A model generated the notes under the pieces. That model ran no database searches. It was not told the DNA's origin and was given only the letters and a program-made list of their open reading frames with translations. A DNA stretch of 63,048 nt, the filler included, from Octopus bimaculoides (taxonomy: Eukaryota), in NCBI RefSeq assembly GCF_001194135.2. It is 3 parts of 3 records of this genome, joined end to end, with 100 filler letters (N's around TTAATTAATTAA, not from the genome) between each part and the next. Parts side by side here need not be neighbours in the genome. Positions count along the whole stretch, not along the records: positions 48,649 to 63,048 come from NC_068984.1; 2 more parts are not named here. One strand, 5' to 3'. Positions 50,262 to 63,048 of the stretch are shown one piece after another. How positions within the stretch are numbered: position 1 is the first letter of the stretch; each line of letters starts with the position of its first letter. A program made the position numbers and the translations under genes.

Positions 50262-50573
50262 AACCTCGGCGGAATTTGAACTCAGAACGTAAAGACAGAT
50301 GAAATACCGCTAAGCATTTCACCCAGCGTGCTAACGTTTCTTATTTCTTTATTGCCCACAAGGGGCTAAACATAGAGGATACAAACAAAGACAAACAAAG
50401 GGATTAAGTCGATTACATCGACCACAGTGCGTAACTGGTACTTAATATATCGTCCCTGAAAGGATGAAAGGCAAAGTCGACCTCGGCGGAATTTGAACTC
50501 AGAACGTAACGGCAGACGAAATACCGCTAAGCATTTCGCCCGGCGTGCTAACGATTCTGCCAGCTCACCGCCT
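50262..50573 (-). mobile_element. Family-2 SINE, full monomer joined to a second partial head
   Basis: GGCGGTGAGCTGGCAGAATCGTTAGC..AATAAAGAAATAAGAA|ACGTTAGCACG.. Confidence 0.88.
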
Positions 50574-52272
50574 TAGTGCTACACATCATTGACATTAAAA
50601 TAACGGCCATGCATCAAAACACGAACCATCAACTCCTTGTTTACATTGCTGGTAGAAATTTCGTCTTCTACATTCTTTTATGATAATGCTTTCTGTAAGA
50701 GCAAGGACAACCAAGATAATACCATAAGTTACGATCAGCTAAAATTTTGGTAGGTTGTGATTGAACTTACTCACACACACGCGCGCGCACGCTATCTCTA
50801 GCGTTGGTATCCATGGAAATAAATAGATAACTTTCAAAAATGTCAAATACGCCCACCACTGAAAATAAACAGCATCAGCGTTTGTAGAACTGTGTTTCGT
50901 GAGTTTGTTGGAGTGAGCACAGTTGTTCCCAGTGGCAAGTCTGTTAAAACAATCAATGTATTTAAGACATAAAAGCGTGTTTAAATATCTTCGAAAAACC
51001 AAAGAAATGTTGTCAGGAGAAGTCTGAGACAAGAACTCTAACCTCATATTTCTGCATGGTTTAATCTTTTTTTGTTCAATTTCGGAAACATCACTTGTAT
51101 CATTCTTTGTATGTACAGATATAGATATAGATCTAGATATAGATCTCTGATAATGTACTACACTCTCCTGAAACAGGTTTGGAATTTTACATATTTTCAT
51201 GTCTGTTATCCAGGTATTAGCTAAAATACATTAAAACTTCCAATACATTTTACTTTCGATTCTTTGCCTTTATAAGCAAGTCTCGACAAGTTGTTTTCCC
51301 CGCTTAATAACATTTAATTACGTATTTTAAAACAAACGTAGAATCCATCTTGTATTTCTTTACATTTCGTGTTGTTAGATCGACAAGATTTACATCTCCG
51401 TATTGATTGAATTGCTACACATGAGATTATGTCGCTGTTATTGATCTACGACATGTTAAGCTCGTGTCAATGAAGCAACCATGTAGCCATATTGTCTTCA
51501 GGCAAATAGAAAAACCGAGAGATGTTTCTTTTCAAACATCATGTCTTCTAGCTCGAGATCAACGTTAACTATGTACATGGTTACACATCTGTATAATACA
51601 GTTATTACAACGTGTATAGCAAGGTCGATAGTGAGTCAATCTGCTGACAAAACGACAAAGGAATATCCCATTTCCTTGCGTTTTCGGGTTAAAAGATTTA
51701 CCCTCGCCTTCGCAGCAACGCTTGAAGTGTAAATTTAATATAACGAAAGCCGATAATTACGCCCTCTGTTGTATATATTATGTAATAAATCAATATTATG
51801 TAGCTTGCAGTGGACATGTTAAATTACTACACGCAGACAAAAGTTTACATTGTCGGTCCCATTCTGTAGTTATTCTTTTGTTTGGTGTTTGTTGTAGGAA
51901 TTTTGGCCATACTGGAGTAACAGCTTTTTGATTTTTATTCGATCATATTGACATCCGGACCTATTTTATCTACATCCTACCTTCTTCGTTTAATGCCGCT
52001 ACAGATAACATACATGATCACAAATGCCTGCATTCATTCATGCACGCATGCATACACACTCACACACACAAAGAGAGAGAGATGGTGGGGGATGGGCAGA
52101 CTGACAGACAGACACAAAGATAAGCATACATACATATGAGGTTGATATCGCATGAGATAGAAAAATTTGCAAAACTGGTTGTGGTTTTATGGCTCACTGA
52201 TTTCAAATTCTGCTTAGGTTAACGTTGCTTTTCATCCATGTATGGACTGAAATTAATTATTGCCACTCTTCT

Positions 52273-52394
<122 letters not shown>

Positions 52395-52686
52395 CTCACA
52401 CTCTCTCTCTACGTCTTTCTCTATCCATCTACGGGAAATAAATCAGCTGTGATAAATATGAACTAAGTTTGGTCTGCTAGTTATATACACCCAGGTCATG
52501 TCTTATGTCATGACGTTGTATTTACGATTCTATCATTATTGGAGTGTCCAACACAAGGTAACACACACAACACACACACACACACACACATACACACACA
52601 TACACACACACACGCACATATGTATATGTATGTATATACATATAAATATAAACAAATGTCAGTGTCATATATATATATATATATAT

Positions 52687-52855
52687 GAGCAGAACTTACT
52701 TGCAGGTATTGGTAGTGCAAATCAGAGGTGCAATCTGTGTGGGTGTTTTTTCAAAACACTGTTTGGTTTAAAAAGCCACATCAGACGCCATGAAAGGGCT
52801 AAGGTGTAGGTGCAGGAGGTGGTCAAACTCTGTTTAAGGAGTAGACAACCACCAT
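52687..52855 (+). mobile_element. RTE (BovB-like) LINE 3' end with terminal C2H2 finger
   Basis: CNLCGCFFKTLFGLKSHIRRH (CX2CX12HX3H) followed by a stop at 52807-52809, a short 3' UTR and a microsatellite tail. Confidence 0.65.
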
Positions 52856-53122
52856 ATATATATNNNNNNNNNNNNNNNNNNNNNNNNNNNNNNNNNNNNN
52901 NNNNNNNNNNNNNNNNNNNNNNNNNNNNNNNNNNNNNNNNNNNNNNNNNNNNNNNNNNNNNNNNNNNNNNNNNNNNNNNNNNNNNNNNNNNNNNNNNNNN
53001 NNNNNNNNNNNNNNNNNNNNNNNNNNNNNNNNNNNNNNNNNNNNNNNNNNNNNNNNNNNNNNNNNNNNNNNNNNNNNNNNNNNNNNNNNNNNNNNNNNNN
53101 NNNNNNNNNNNNNNNNNNNNNN

Positions 53123-53158
<36 letters not shown>

Positions 53159-54195
53159 TATATATATAATGGACCATAAACAAAACTTGACTTAAAAAGG
53201 ATTCAGATAATCCTATCAGGTGGTGCTATTAAGTTAGACAAGGCCTGGACCAATCCTTGGTCGAAACATATCCAAGTTTTATCTAAGTTTTATATATACA
53301 TATATATATATGTATATACACACACACACACACATACACATATATACACACATACATACGTATATATGTACATATACACAAGATGGCGTTTCTACTGGTC
53401 CTAACAAACTCCCGTCACCAGGCACTGACCTGCCCCAGCCCGTTGTAGATGGTTGGACAATACTTGAGCAATACACCCATAGTGAGATTAGGCTTGAATC
53501 CACGTGGAGACGACGCTAACTTTTAAAACATACAATTACATCAGTTCCTACCGTATTACAAGAAGATGACATATTTTGCATAATTTTGTACAAACCCATA
53601 ATTCACAACTTTGCTATTTAAATGTAAGTCACGATGTCATTCCTCAATAGATCTGTTAGATATATTCAACAGCAAAAACAACAACAATAACAATTTGTTC
53701 GTCTTTGAAGAATTGTTGTCTTCTCTGTTTAATATGCAGTACACAGTTTATTAGATGACAGTAACGATTGTGCATGTGTGCAAACGACAATTATTATTCC
53801 GTATAGAAATTATATATTCTCATATCATGTTATAAGTGGTTTCAAAAGATTAAAAAAAAAAACTTACGTTCATATGATTGATGTGTAACTGTTAGAGGAT
53901 CACTGGAGCTGAATGACGAAGTTGACAATCTTAGAACTAAAAGATAGATAGCCTGCATTTCGTGTCACACTAACTAGTATATAATAAACAACTTGCAGTC
54001 TCGCATCCGCTTGTTTCATCACTACTACTAAGGTCAGCGGGCTCTGCTTCACTCAGCGTGTCTATTACAGACGTTCTAATCCAGCCAATTTTTCAGACAC
54101 CTCTTCTCGCCACGTCACCAGTTTTTGGTCATTCGGCAATGGTCATTCGGCATAGTCCTACTCAACAACGATACTGAAAATAAATATCAACCATA

Positions 54196-54360
54196 GGCGC
54201 AGAAGTGGCTGTGAGGTAAGTAGCTTGCTCACCAACCACATAGTTCCGGGTTGAGTCTTACTGCGTGGAACCTTGGGCAAGTGTCTTCTGCTATAGCCTC
54301 GGTCCGACCAAAGCCTTGTGAGTAGATTTGATAGACGGAAACTGAAAGAAGCCCGTCGTA

Positions 54361-54405
<45 letters not shown>

Positions 54406-54641
54406 GTATATACACATGTGTGTGCTTGTATGTTTGTGTGTCTGTTTTTGTCCTCCCAACATCGCTTGACAACCGATGCTGGTGTGTTTACGTCCCCGTC
54501 ACCTAGCGGTTCGGCAAGAGAGACCGATACAATAAGTACTAGGCTTACAAAGAATAAGTCCTGGGATCGATTTGCTCGACTAAAGGCGGTGCTCCAGCAT
54601 GGCCACAGTCAAATGACTGAAACAAATGAAAGAATAAAAGA
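54196..54641 (+). mobile_element. Family-1 SINE, full length
   Basis: Complete layout with near-consensus sequence. Confidence 0.92.
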
Positions 54642-54665
54642 ATATGTTAATATTGGTGTCGAGTT

Positions 54666-54877
54666 AAGGCGGCGAGCTGGCAGAATCGTTAGCACGCCGG
54701 GCGAAACGCTAAGCGCTATTTCGTCTGCCGTTACGTTCTGAGTTCAAATTCCGCCAAGGTCGACTTTGCCTTTCATCCTTTCGGGGTCGATAAATTAAGT
54801 ACCAGTTACGCACTGGGGTCGATCTAATCGACTAGCCCCTCCCCAAAAGTTCGGACCTTGTGTCTTGAGAAGAAAAA
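54666..54877 (+). mobile_element. Family-2 SINE monomer with 17-bp TSD
   Basis: TSD AATATTGGTGTCGAGTT at 54649-54665 and 54878-54894. Confidence 0.9.
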
Positions 54878-54894
54878 AATATTGGTGTCGAGTT

Positions 54895-55270
54895 TAGGCA
54901 CAAGGCCAGCAATATCAGGGGACAGCGTAAGTCGATTACATCGACCCAGGTGCTCGACTGGCATTTAATTTATCAACATCACAAGGATGAATGGCAAAGT
55001 CGACCACAGTGAACTTCGAGCTCAGAACACAAAGAAGTGCGGAAGCATTTTATTCGGCGTGCTAACGTTTCTTATTTCTTTATTGCCCACAACGGGCTTA
55101 ACATAAAAGGGACAATCAAGGACAGACAAAGGGATTAAGTCGATTACATCGACTCCAGTGCGTAACTGGTACTTAATTTATCGACCCCGAAAGGATGAAA
55201 GGCAAAGTCGACCTCAGCAGAATTTGAACTCACAACGTAACGGCAGACGAATTACGCTAAGCATTTCGTC
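54895..55270 (-). mobile_element. Family-2 SINE dimer (young half plus older diverged half)
   Basis: Same AAGAA|ACGTTAGCA junction at ~55067. Confidence 0.85.
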
Positions 55271-55302
55271 AAAAGTAAGAGTGATAGAAAGTTATGGTGA
55301 AA

Positions 55303-55460
55303 GAGTACAGCAGGGTTCGCCACCATCCCCTGCCGGAGCCTCGTGGAGCTTTTAGGTGTTTTCGCTCAATAAATACTCACAACGCTCGGCCTGGGAATCG
55401 AAACCGCGATCGTATGACCGCGAGTCCGCTGCCCTAACCACTGGGCCATTGCGCCTCCAC
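55303..55460 (-). mobile_element. Family-4 tRNA-derived SINE with intact A and B boxes
   Basis: Minus strand TGGCCCAGTGG (A box) and GTTTCGATTCC (B box). Confidence 0.8.
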
Positions 55461-56608
55461 TGGTAATTATTATATCGACAATAAAAGGTGAAAGCAAAGT
55501 CGACCACAGCGGAATTTGAACTCAGAACGTAAGAACGGACGAAATGCCGCTAAGCGTTTTGACCTGCGTGCTAACGACTTTTCCAGCTCACCGCCTTAAA
55601 ATGATATATATTATTGGCATATGATTTTGCGAAAGAGATAAAATCTACGATTGAGACTTATCATAAATATGGAGCCAAAAAACATTTTCAGTGATTTCCC
55701 ACAGTTCAACATCCTAAACTTTTATGAGAAGCATTTGAATGCTTTAGTTTAATTTGTACGGCTGTGTTATTGGCTGTAACATATTGGGCAGTTTCTCTTG
55801 TGTTTTTTCGTTCCATGCATTCATTCGCAGGGAGCATCAACTAAACTGAAATGTTATCCGATACCTTAGATATTCATCTCGGAAAAGGGTTAAATATACT
55901 AACAGAGCAAAAGTAACTGATTCTATAAACTACGAGAGAAGCTGCTGACAGATTTGTGGTGTGTATGGACGCTAAATTCAATGCAGTGGATTCAATGAAG
56001 CCTTAAACTGGTGTTGTGTTACATTAAATTTCCAGGTGCAATGTCGCCGAGTGATAGGATCATTTTGAAAGCTGAGTTCATTTCTCAGCCTGGTTAGAAA
56101 TCTATTTCTCTAACGCTAAAAATGCTGCAGAAAACTGACGATACAATAATATTTTTAGATCGTAGAAACTCGTAGGTATTTCATTAAAGTTTGTGCGGGG
56201 ATACATATCAAAGGATATCAATTCAACAAGTATTTAAAAAAATAAGCGCAGCATTTCCTATAAATGTATCTCCTTTCTCTTTTTCGATTTTCAGTCTGAA
56301 ACACCTTACTTAAAATAATGTAGAACTGTATTACCTTTCTATATTTAGTCCGAAACGAATACAGAAAGGTCTCTAAGTTGAATTGATCGATTTACAGTTC
56401 TTGGTAGACATTGTGAGTGTTGCAGTTACGATCACGACGTCGTGGTTTCAATTCTTATACCGGATAGTGTGTTGTGTTCTTGAGCAAATCACTTCACCTG
56501 ACATTGCTCTGCGATCGATTCAACACTGGACGAGTGCAACACCGTGAAGCCGTTTGGATGGAGAGCGAGTGAGTTAACTTAACCACTATAAACAAATCAT
56601 CCCACAGT

Positions 56609-56662
<54 letters not shown>

Positions 56663-57018
56663 ATGGTAATGGAGGTAGAGGTGTTGTTGACAGTGGTGTT
56701 TCAAGTTACTGCTAGATTCAGCTTCTTATATTTAAGAAGTATATGCCGTTACCTAAATTCTTCAACATATATTTAGTTGGAGATAAATATTACATGCTTC
56801 ACCAAGAGGCAAAATGAAGCAATGGCAGAATGTATAGCGTATAGAAACGACATATAATCAACGTTTTAAGTCTAATTAGAAATATCTTGGGTACCTTACT
56901 TACTATTTACCAGCATTAACGAAGAACAAATATTACGAAATTCAGCGTCCATTAAATAACATTGAAATCAACATTCCTAGATCTGAGATGAAAATGTAAG
57001 CAAGCACATTAAGAAAAT

Positions 57019-57054
<36 letters not shown>

Positions 57055-57693
57055 TACATAGATACATTCATATATATATATGTATGTATATATATATATA
57101 TANNNNNNNNNNNNNNNNNNNNNNNNNNNNNNNNNNNNNNNNNNNNNNNNNNNNNNNNNNNNNNNNNNNNNNNNNNNNNNNNNNNNNNNNNNNNNNNNNN
57201 NNNNNNNNNNNNNNNNNNNNNNNNNNNNNNNNNNNNNNNNNNNNNNNNNNNNNNNNNNNNNNNNNNNNNNNNNNNNNNNNNNNNNNNNNNNNNNNNNNNN
57301 NNNNNNNNNNNNNNNNNNNNNNNNNNNNNNNNNNNNNNNNNNNNNNNNNNNNNNNNNNNNNNNNNNNNNNNNNNNNNNNNNNNNNNNNNNNNNNNNNNNN
57401 NNNNNNNNNNNNNNNNNNNNNNNNNNNNNNNNNNNNNNNNNNNNNNNNNNNNNNNNNNNNNNNNNNNNNNNNNNNNNNNNNNNNNNNNNNNNNNNNNNNN
57501 NNNNNNNNNNNNNNNNNNNNNNNNNNNNNNNNNNNNNNNNNNNNNNNNNNNNNNNNNNNNNNNNNNNNNNNNNNNNNNNNNNNNNNNNNNNNNNNNNNNN
57601 NNNNNNNNNNNNNNNNNNNNNNNNNNNNNNNNNNNNNNNNNNNNNNNNNNNNNNNNNNNNNNNNNNNNNNNNNNNNNNNNNNNNNNNNNNNNN

Positions 57694-57738
<45 letters not shown>

Positions 57739-59082
57739 GCACTTAATTTTGCTTCATTTAATATGAATAATAGAATATGAACCAACTCGTCATTCGCGAA
57801 CGCAATTTAATCATAATATGAGTCGCTGCAAATTATTGATTTCGATTATTAATCTTCATCTACGTTTATAGAAAATTATAGATGCATGCAAGTAAGCATC
57901 TTAAAGACGTGTTTTATTTGTCGAAATGAACTGCTGACAACGCTACTAAGAACCCAGTTGGATTATTAAGCCTAGTCAGTCATCGTAACTTGAATTCCCG
58001 CGTGGATTTAAGTAGTATAAGTATATTGTGATTATTCTGTGCTCAAGCGAAGCAAGAAATCGATAAAATTAACATTTCCATAATTATTCGGTTTAGTTAT
58101 TGTTCTGTTAGTTTTCCAGTTTTCGAGTGACGACCGAGTGTCTCTCAGCGGAATGGCAAGTAGTATCAGATGTCAGGTTACGTTGGATGTTTCGATGATT
58201 CTGTTTCTTGCTCGGTGTTAGCAGTCGTTTTTATTGATCCTCGGCGGAAATAGTGCTTATTTATTCTGCATCATACGACGAATAGCTGAATAAGTTAATC
58301 CCTTTAAAATATAGCAATAACTCAACGAAAGTATGGCGCCCTCTCTAGCTTTTCTTGTGTGTAAAAGATAAATCCCTCGATAGGTTTGTTGATAGTCAAC
58401 TCTAAGCTGCTTTATAGCAACACAGATTAGATCTAGATACGGACGAGCAACTTATATATCTAACGAGGGTGTCTCTACGTGGTCACGTAATCTGCCAGAA
58501 ATAGCAAGCAAATCTTCGTTTATATCAGGCTCGTTCATCTTAAAAACTGAACATTTTTGGATAACGAAAAGTAATCAAGAACTGTCTTCAGTTCTTGGAC
58601 TGATAGGCATTAGTTATACGTTTCTATGGCATATCACAAGATTGTTCCTGAACAGGGCACCAGTTCTTCTCATATTTATTCATTTACAGCTGAGATGAGT
58701 AGGTCAACGGGAAATGAAGTATTTTGCTCAAGAGCACAACGCATCGGGAAACGTAATAACAATGTTCCAACGGTTGTTGATCTTGCTACGCGCTTTCACG
58801 TTTGGGCAACGTAACTCTTAAATATACGATGGGATTTTCATAGCCGACGTGGCTCCCGTCATAGATCTGATTAAGTTTAACCTATAGTTAGACTATAAAC
58901 CCAACTGAATTTATATAACTGTAAATGAAAAACTTCTCAATTATGAGCTTACTCGTAAAACATGTTGACAGGCCAAGTTCCAGAAATGATAAGAATTGAA
59001 CACTTGTTAACGACATAAAAAAATCAAACAACCTACATTTAAGGCAATGTTTTTTAGTTGTTGATATTTTTTTCATTGTTAA

Positions 59083-59446
59083 AGGCGTCGAGCTGGCAGA
59101 AACGTTAGCACGCCGGGCGAAATGCTTAGCAGTATTCCATCCTTTCAGGGTCGATAAATTAAGTACCAGTTAGGCACTAGGGTCGATGTAATCGACCTAA
59201 TCCCTTTGTCTGTCCTTGTTTGTCCCCTCTATGTTTAGCCCCTTGTGGGAAATAAAGAAATAAGAAACGTTAGCATGCTGGGCGAAATGCTTAGCATTAC
59301 GTTCTAAGTTCAAATTCCGCCGAGGTTGACTTTGCCTTTCATCCTTTCGGGGTCGATAGATTAAGAACTAGTTACGTACTGGTATCGATCTAATCGACTG
59401 GTCCCCTCCCACCAAAATTTCGGGCCTTGTGCCTAGAGTAGAAAGG
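59083..59446 (+). mobile_element. Family-2 SINE dimer with 18-bp TSD
   Basis: GATATTTTTTTCATTGTT (59063-59080) / GATATTTTTCTCATTGTT (59447-59464). Confidence 0.88.
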
Positions 59447-60271
59447 GATATTTTTCTCATTGTTTAGCCCTACACAATATCTGAAAAAGCGTTCTCGTGT
59501 TTTCTCTGCTACAATATAACCAGATTGGTTATAAAAAAAAAAAGGAAGGAAGGATAGATTATCCTTCCTTCCTATTTTTTTTTTTTTTTTTTCATGATGC
59601 TGACGTGAGATGACAGAGAGATCTGCTCGTTAAATCTAGCATGTGAAACGAAAACATACAGGCTTCCTCGTTGGTTTGTTTGTAATATTGCACATATCTA
59701 TGCCGGAATCAGTGTGTTTCGGCTTACGTAAGATCCTCATCCAGCTATACAAATGAACAAATTGTAAACAATATAAATGATCTCATCAAATTTTCCTTCT
59801 GAGACGATAAGCGAAGGAATTCTTGTATGTGTCTGTGGATATGAGATTATTATAACACTAATTCCTTGCTTTAAAATCATTTGCGTTAGAATAATTTTCT
59901 TCTAAGATTGATCCGGTGACGCAGTCCGTCACCATTCCGTAATTCCAAGCGATATTGTCTTCCACCGCGTGCATACACGTAAACAAACACACCCACGCAC
60001 ACACACACATGTTCACATACACGAACACATGTATATTTATATATGTATGTTTATGTGAGTGTGCATACGTGTGCGTGCATGTATGTATCTGTTTACATAT
60101 CAGTATTTACTTATATTAGATTTTACTTTATTTTTTCAATTAGACTGCGGCTATGCTGGGGCACCACCTTCCAGAATTTTTAGTCGAATGAAACGACCCC
60201 AGTACTCTTTCTTTTTAAGCCTGGTATTGATGTCGGTCGCTTTTGCCGAACCGTTCAGTTATGGGGACGTA

Positions 60272-60502
60272 GGGCGGCGAGCTGGCAGAATAGTCAGCTC
60301 GCCGGGCGAAATGCTTATGGTATTCCGTCTACTGTTACGTAGTGAGTTCAAATTGCGGCGGGGTCGACTTTGCCTGTCATCTTTTCGGGGTCGATTAAAT
60401 AAGTACCAGTTACGCACTGGGTTTGATCTAATCGATTTAATCCCTTTGTCTGTCTTTGTTTGTCCGCTCTATGTTTAGCCTCCTGTGGACAATAAAGAAA
60501 TA
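60272..60502 (+). mobile_element. Family-2 SINE monomer nested in a minus-strand family-1 SINE
   Basis: Perfect 14-bp TSD GTTATGGGGACGTA at 60258-60271 and 60503-60516. Confidence 0.9.
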
Positions 60503-62894
60503 GTTATGGGGACGTAAACGTACCAACCCCGATTGTCAAGTTGCGGTGGGGACACGGAGACCGAAGCGACAGCGACAGATAGAAAAGGTCACTGGAAGAT
60601 TTCAGCCTTGACCTTGCAGATAAGCGGGCTAGGATAATGGTCGCTATCCAGTCTCACAACTCTGCAGCTTTGTGTTGTTGAACCCACACTTGTCGAAATG
60701 ACGACAGGGTCCATATTAATGAAGTATCTTCTATATTTTAAATTTTATCTTTCATTTGTTTCAGTCAGTAGACTGCGGGCACCAACTTGAAGAATTTTTA
60801 GTCGACCGAATTGACCCCTGTAATTTATTTTTATCTTTAAAGTCTGATAGTTATTCTATCAGTTATTTTTGCCGAACCGCTATATTACACACACACACGA
60901 AGAGCTCCCTTCAGTTTCTGCCCACTAAATCTACTCACAAAGCTTAGGTCGGTCTGAGGTTATAGCAGAAGACATCTGCCGAAGGTGCCATGCACTGGGA
61001 CTAAACCCGGAACTATGTGGTCGGGAAACAAGCTTTTTGTCACATAATCGCCATTTAAAAAACGATCGAAACATAATTAGTACTTACTGATGATTTGTAT
61101 ACTGTCTTTATTGTTTAGGTTACCGCCATTAATGGCGATTCTCTATATATTTTTCTAAAACACATCTTCATCATAGTTTCGTGTTTTCATGTTGCCATAG
61201 TAACAATTATTGTGTTTTCTTGATAGTTTTTCTTTTCTTCCTCAGTGAAACCTCTCTGTTCCATTGATCTATTTTCTTTCAATCGCTGAAGGGGTTGTTA
61301 ATCGCTGTTTTAAATCATTTGTCAAATCATTTGTCAAATCATTCGCTACTCGATGTCACGGCACAAATTCTACGAATTATCTTTTATCATTTATCGTTTA
61401 AATGTTTCGACCATTGGAAAGCGCCCTTACTGGAGCACTACTGTGCATGGTCTTAGTCAAACAAATTGACTCTTTTTTCCGAACTGAGTTACGGAGACGT
61501 AAACAAACTAACACCGGTTGTCAGGTGATTGGAAGATTGACACACACAAAGACAAGCATGTATATATATATATATATATATATNNNNNNNNNNNNNNNNN
61601 NNNNNNNNNNNNNNNNNNNNNNNNNNNNNNNNNNNNNNNNNNNNNNNNNNNNNNNNNNNNNNNNNNNNNNNNNNNNNNNNNNNNNNNNNNNNNNNNNNNN
61701 NNNNNNNNNNNNNNNNNNNNNNNNNNNNNNNNNNNNNNNNNNNNNNNNNNNNNNNNNNNNNNNNNNNNNNNNNNNNNNNNNNNNNNNNNNNNNNNNNNNN
61801 NNNNNNNNNNNNNNNNNNNNNNNNNNNNNNNNNNNNNNNNNNNNNNNNNNNNNNNNNNNNNNNNNNNNNNNNNNNNNNNNNNNNNNNNNNNNNNNNNNNN
61901 NNNNNNNNNNNNNNNNNNNNNNNNNNNNNNNNNNNNNNNNNNNNNNNNNNNNNNNNNNATCAATGTAATATAAAACGCCAGCTGTTGTTTTATATTTTTG
62001 TAGACTGTTCTACGTCTGCAATCAAATTCCAAGAACTGTAAGAAATTTATGCATTTCGTTTTCTTCTGCTATGAAATTTTTTTACAATTAATACATAAAT
62101 ATAACAACGAAAATTGGTTGTAAAATGTAAACGGTATGCGTGGAAATCGGGGTCAAGCTGATTTGATTCTCTATCCCTAATGATTGTTAAACAATACTTT
62201 TTGAAGTTAATGGACACTCGGTGGTAGAAATGCTGACTGTGGTGCCGACACCACTATAAATTCGATTGGCAGCTGATGAAAGTAACGAGTCGGCTTTGTT
62301 GAATATGATTTTTGTTCCCTTGCTACTGTATTTACCCGTTGTCATTGTGCTTCCTTTATTTTCATATTCAACCAACAAAGAAAAGAGCCTCCACGGATTT
62401 TGTTGGTAATTCCACAACAATACGTTGTTTGAGAATGTAAATTAAATATACCGAGTAATTAAAATTTTTCATAGTATTGACATAAACCGGCTGCCATTTA
62501 AGGTTATGTGTAATCGGTTGAACATCTTAGTGTACATCTCGTGTCTTCCACTATCTAATCCCCCTCACACCATCTACAGTTTTACCACAGTTAAACCACT
62601 TCTACAATGCGTTCATTAACACACAAATCGAGTCCATGAGTTAGCTACCACAGGGATTCAAGAATAGCTGTTTAATTATCTTGCTCTTCAAACTGCAAGA
62701 ACTACATGGAGCGCCCCATGAATGTGAGGTATTGCTCGCGATGGTGGTGGTGATGTCGATGTTGGTGAAGTTGGTGTTGGTACTGCAGCAATGTAATTAT
62801 ACTTCTGGTGTTGATCGTGGTGCAGGTGTTGTGATGATGCAGTGGTGATATCAGTGATCGTGTTCGTGTTGAGGTGGTGTGGGGCCGTATTAAT

Positions 62895-63048
62895 GGAGGC
62901 AATATTGTGGGTGGTGGCGGTGGTGGTGGTGGTGATGTTGTGAGAGGTGGTGGTGGTCGTGATGTTGTGGGTGGTGGTGGTGGTCGTGATGTTGTGGGTG
63001 GTGGTGGTGGTGGTGATGTTGTGGGTGGTAGTGGTGGCGGTGGTGGTA
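62895..63048. repeat. (GGT)n-rich minisatellite with GATGTTGTGGGT subunits
   Basis: Directly visible at the window end. Confidence 0.85.

Noticed and set aside
52687-52809. C2H2 finger as part of the octopus zinc-finger gene expansion
   Set aside because: Single finger, immediate stop, no TGEKP linker, short 3' UTR and microsatellite tail; fits an RTE LINE terminus better
56134-56180. CTGACGA..GAAACTCGTA as a hammerhead; similar partial cores at 33902, 46811 and 46965
   Set aside because: No pairing stem I at 56134, and GAAA is missing in the other three; at best badly decayed

Overview
Animal genomic DNA, very probably octopus (inferred from the SINE families, the extreme microsatellite load and a metazoan-type CTR9). 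Two artificial 100-bp spacers (N44-TTAATTAATTAA-N44 at 20968-21067 and 48549-48648) split the window into three blocks that may be separate scaffolds. Block A (1-20967) holds a tRNA-Val gene and the first seven coding exons (319 codons) of CTR9, the TPR subunit of the PAF1 complex. All seven splice in frame with GT-AG junctions, but no later exons were found in the window. The rest is repeat-derived: at least four SINE or SINE-like families, relics of R4/Dong, CRE, Tx1/L1, CR1-like, RTE and Penelope-like retroelements, mariner, hAT and Tc1-type DNA elements, foldback elements, minisatellites and microsatellites. The most notable signal is a set of minimal type I hammerhead ribozyme motifs: one with an intact core, antisense in CTR9 intron 5; two copies sharing a non-canonical CUGUUGA core; and several decayed copies. 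Also notable are a tRNA-Val with an AAC anticodon in a TAC-type body, a perfect 33-bp intronic hairpin, and R4/Dong fragments that sit in (TAA)n arrays. All family assignments are by eye and from memory; no database search was run.
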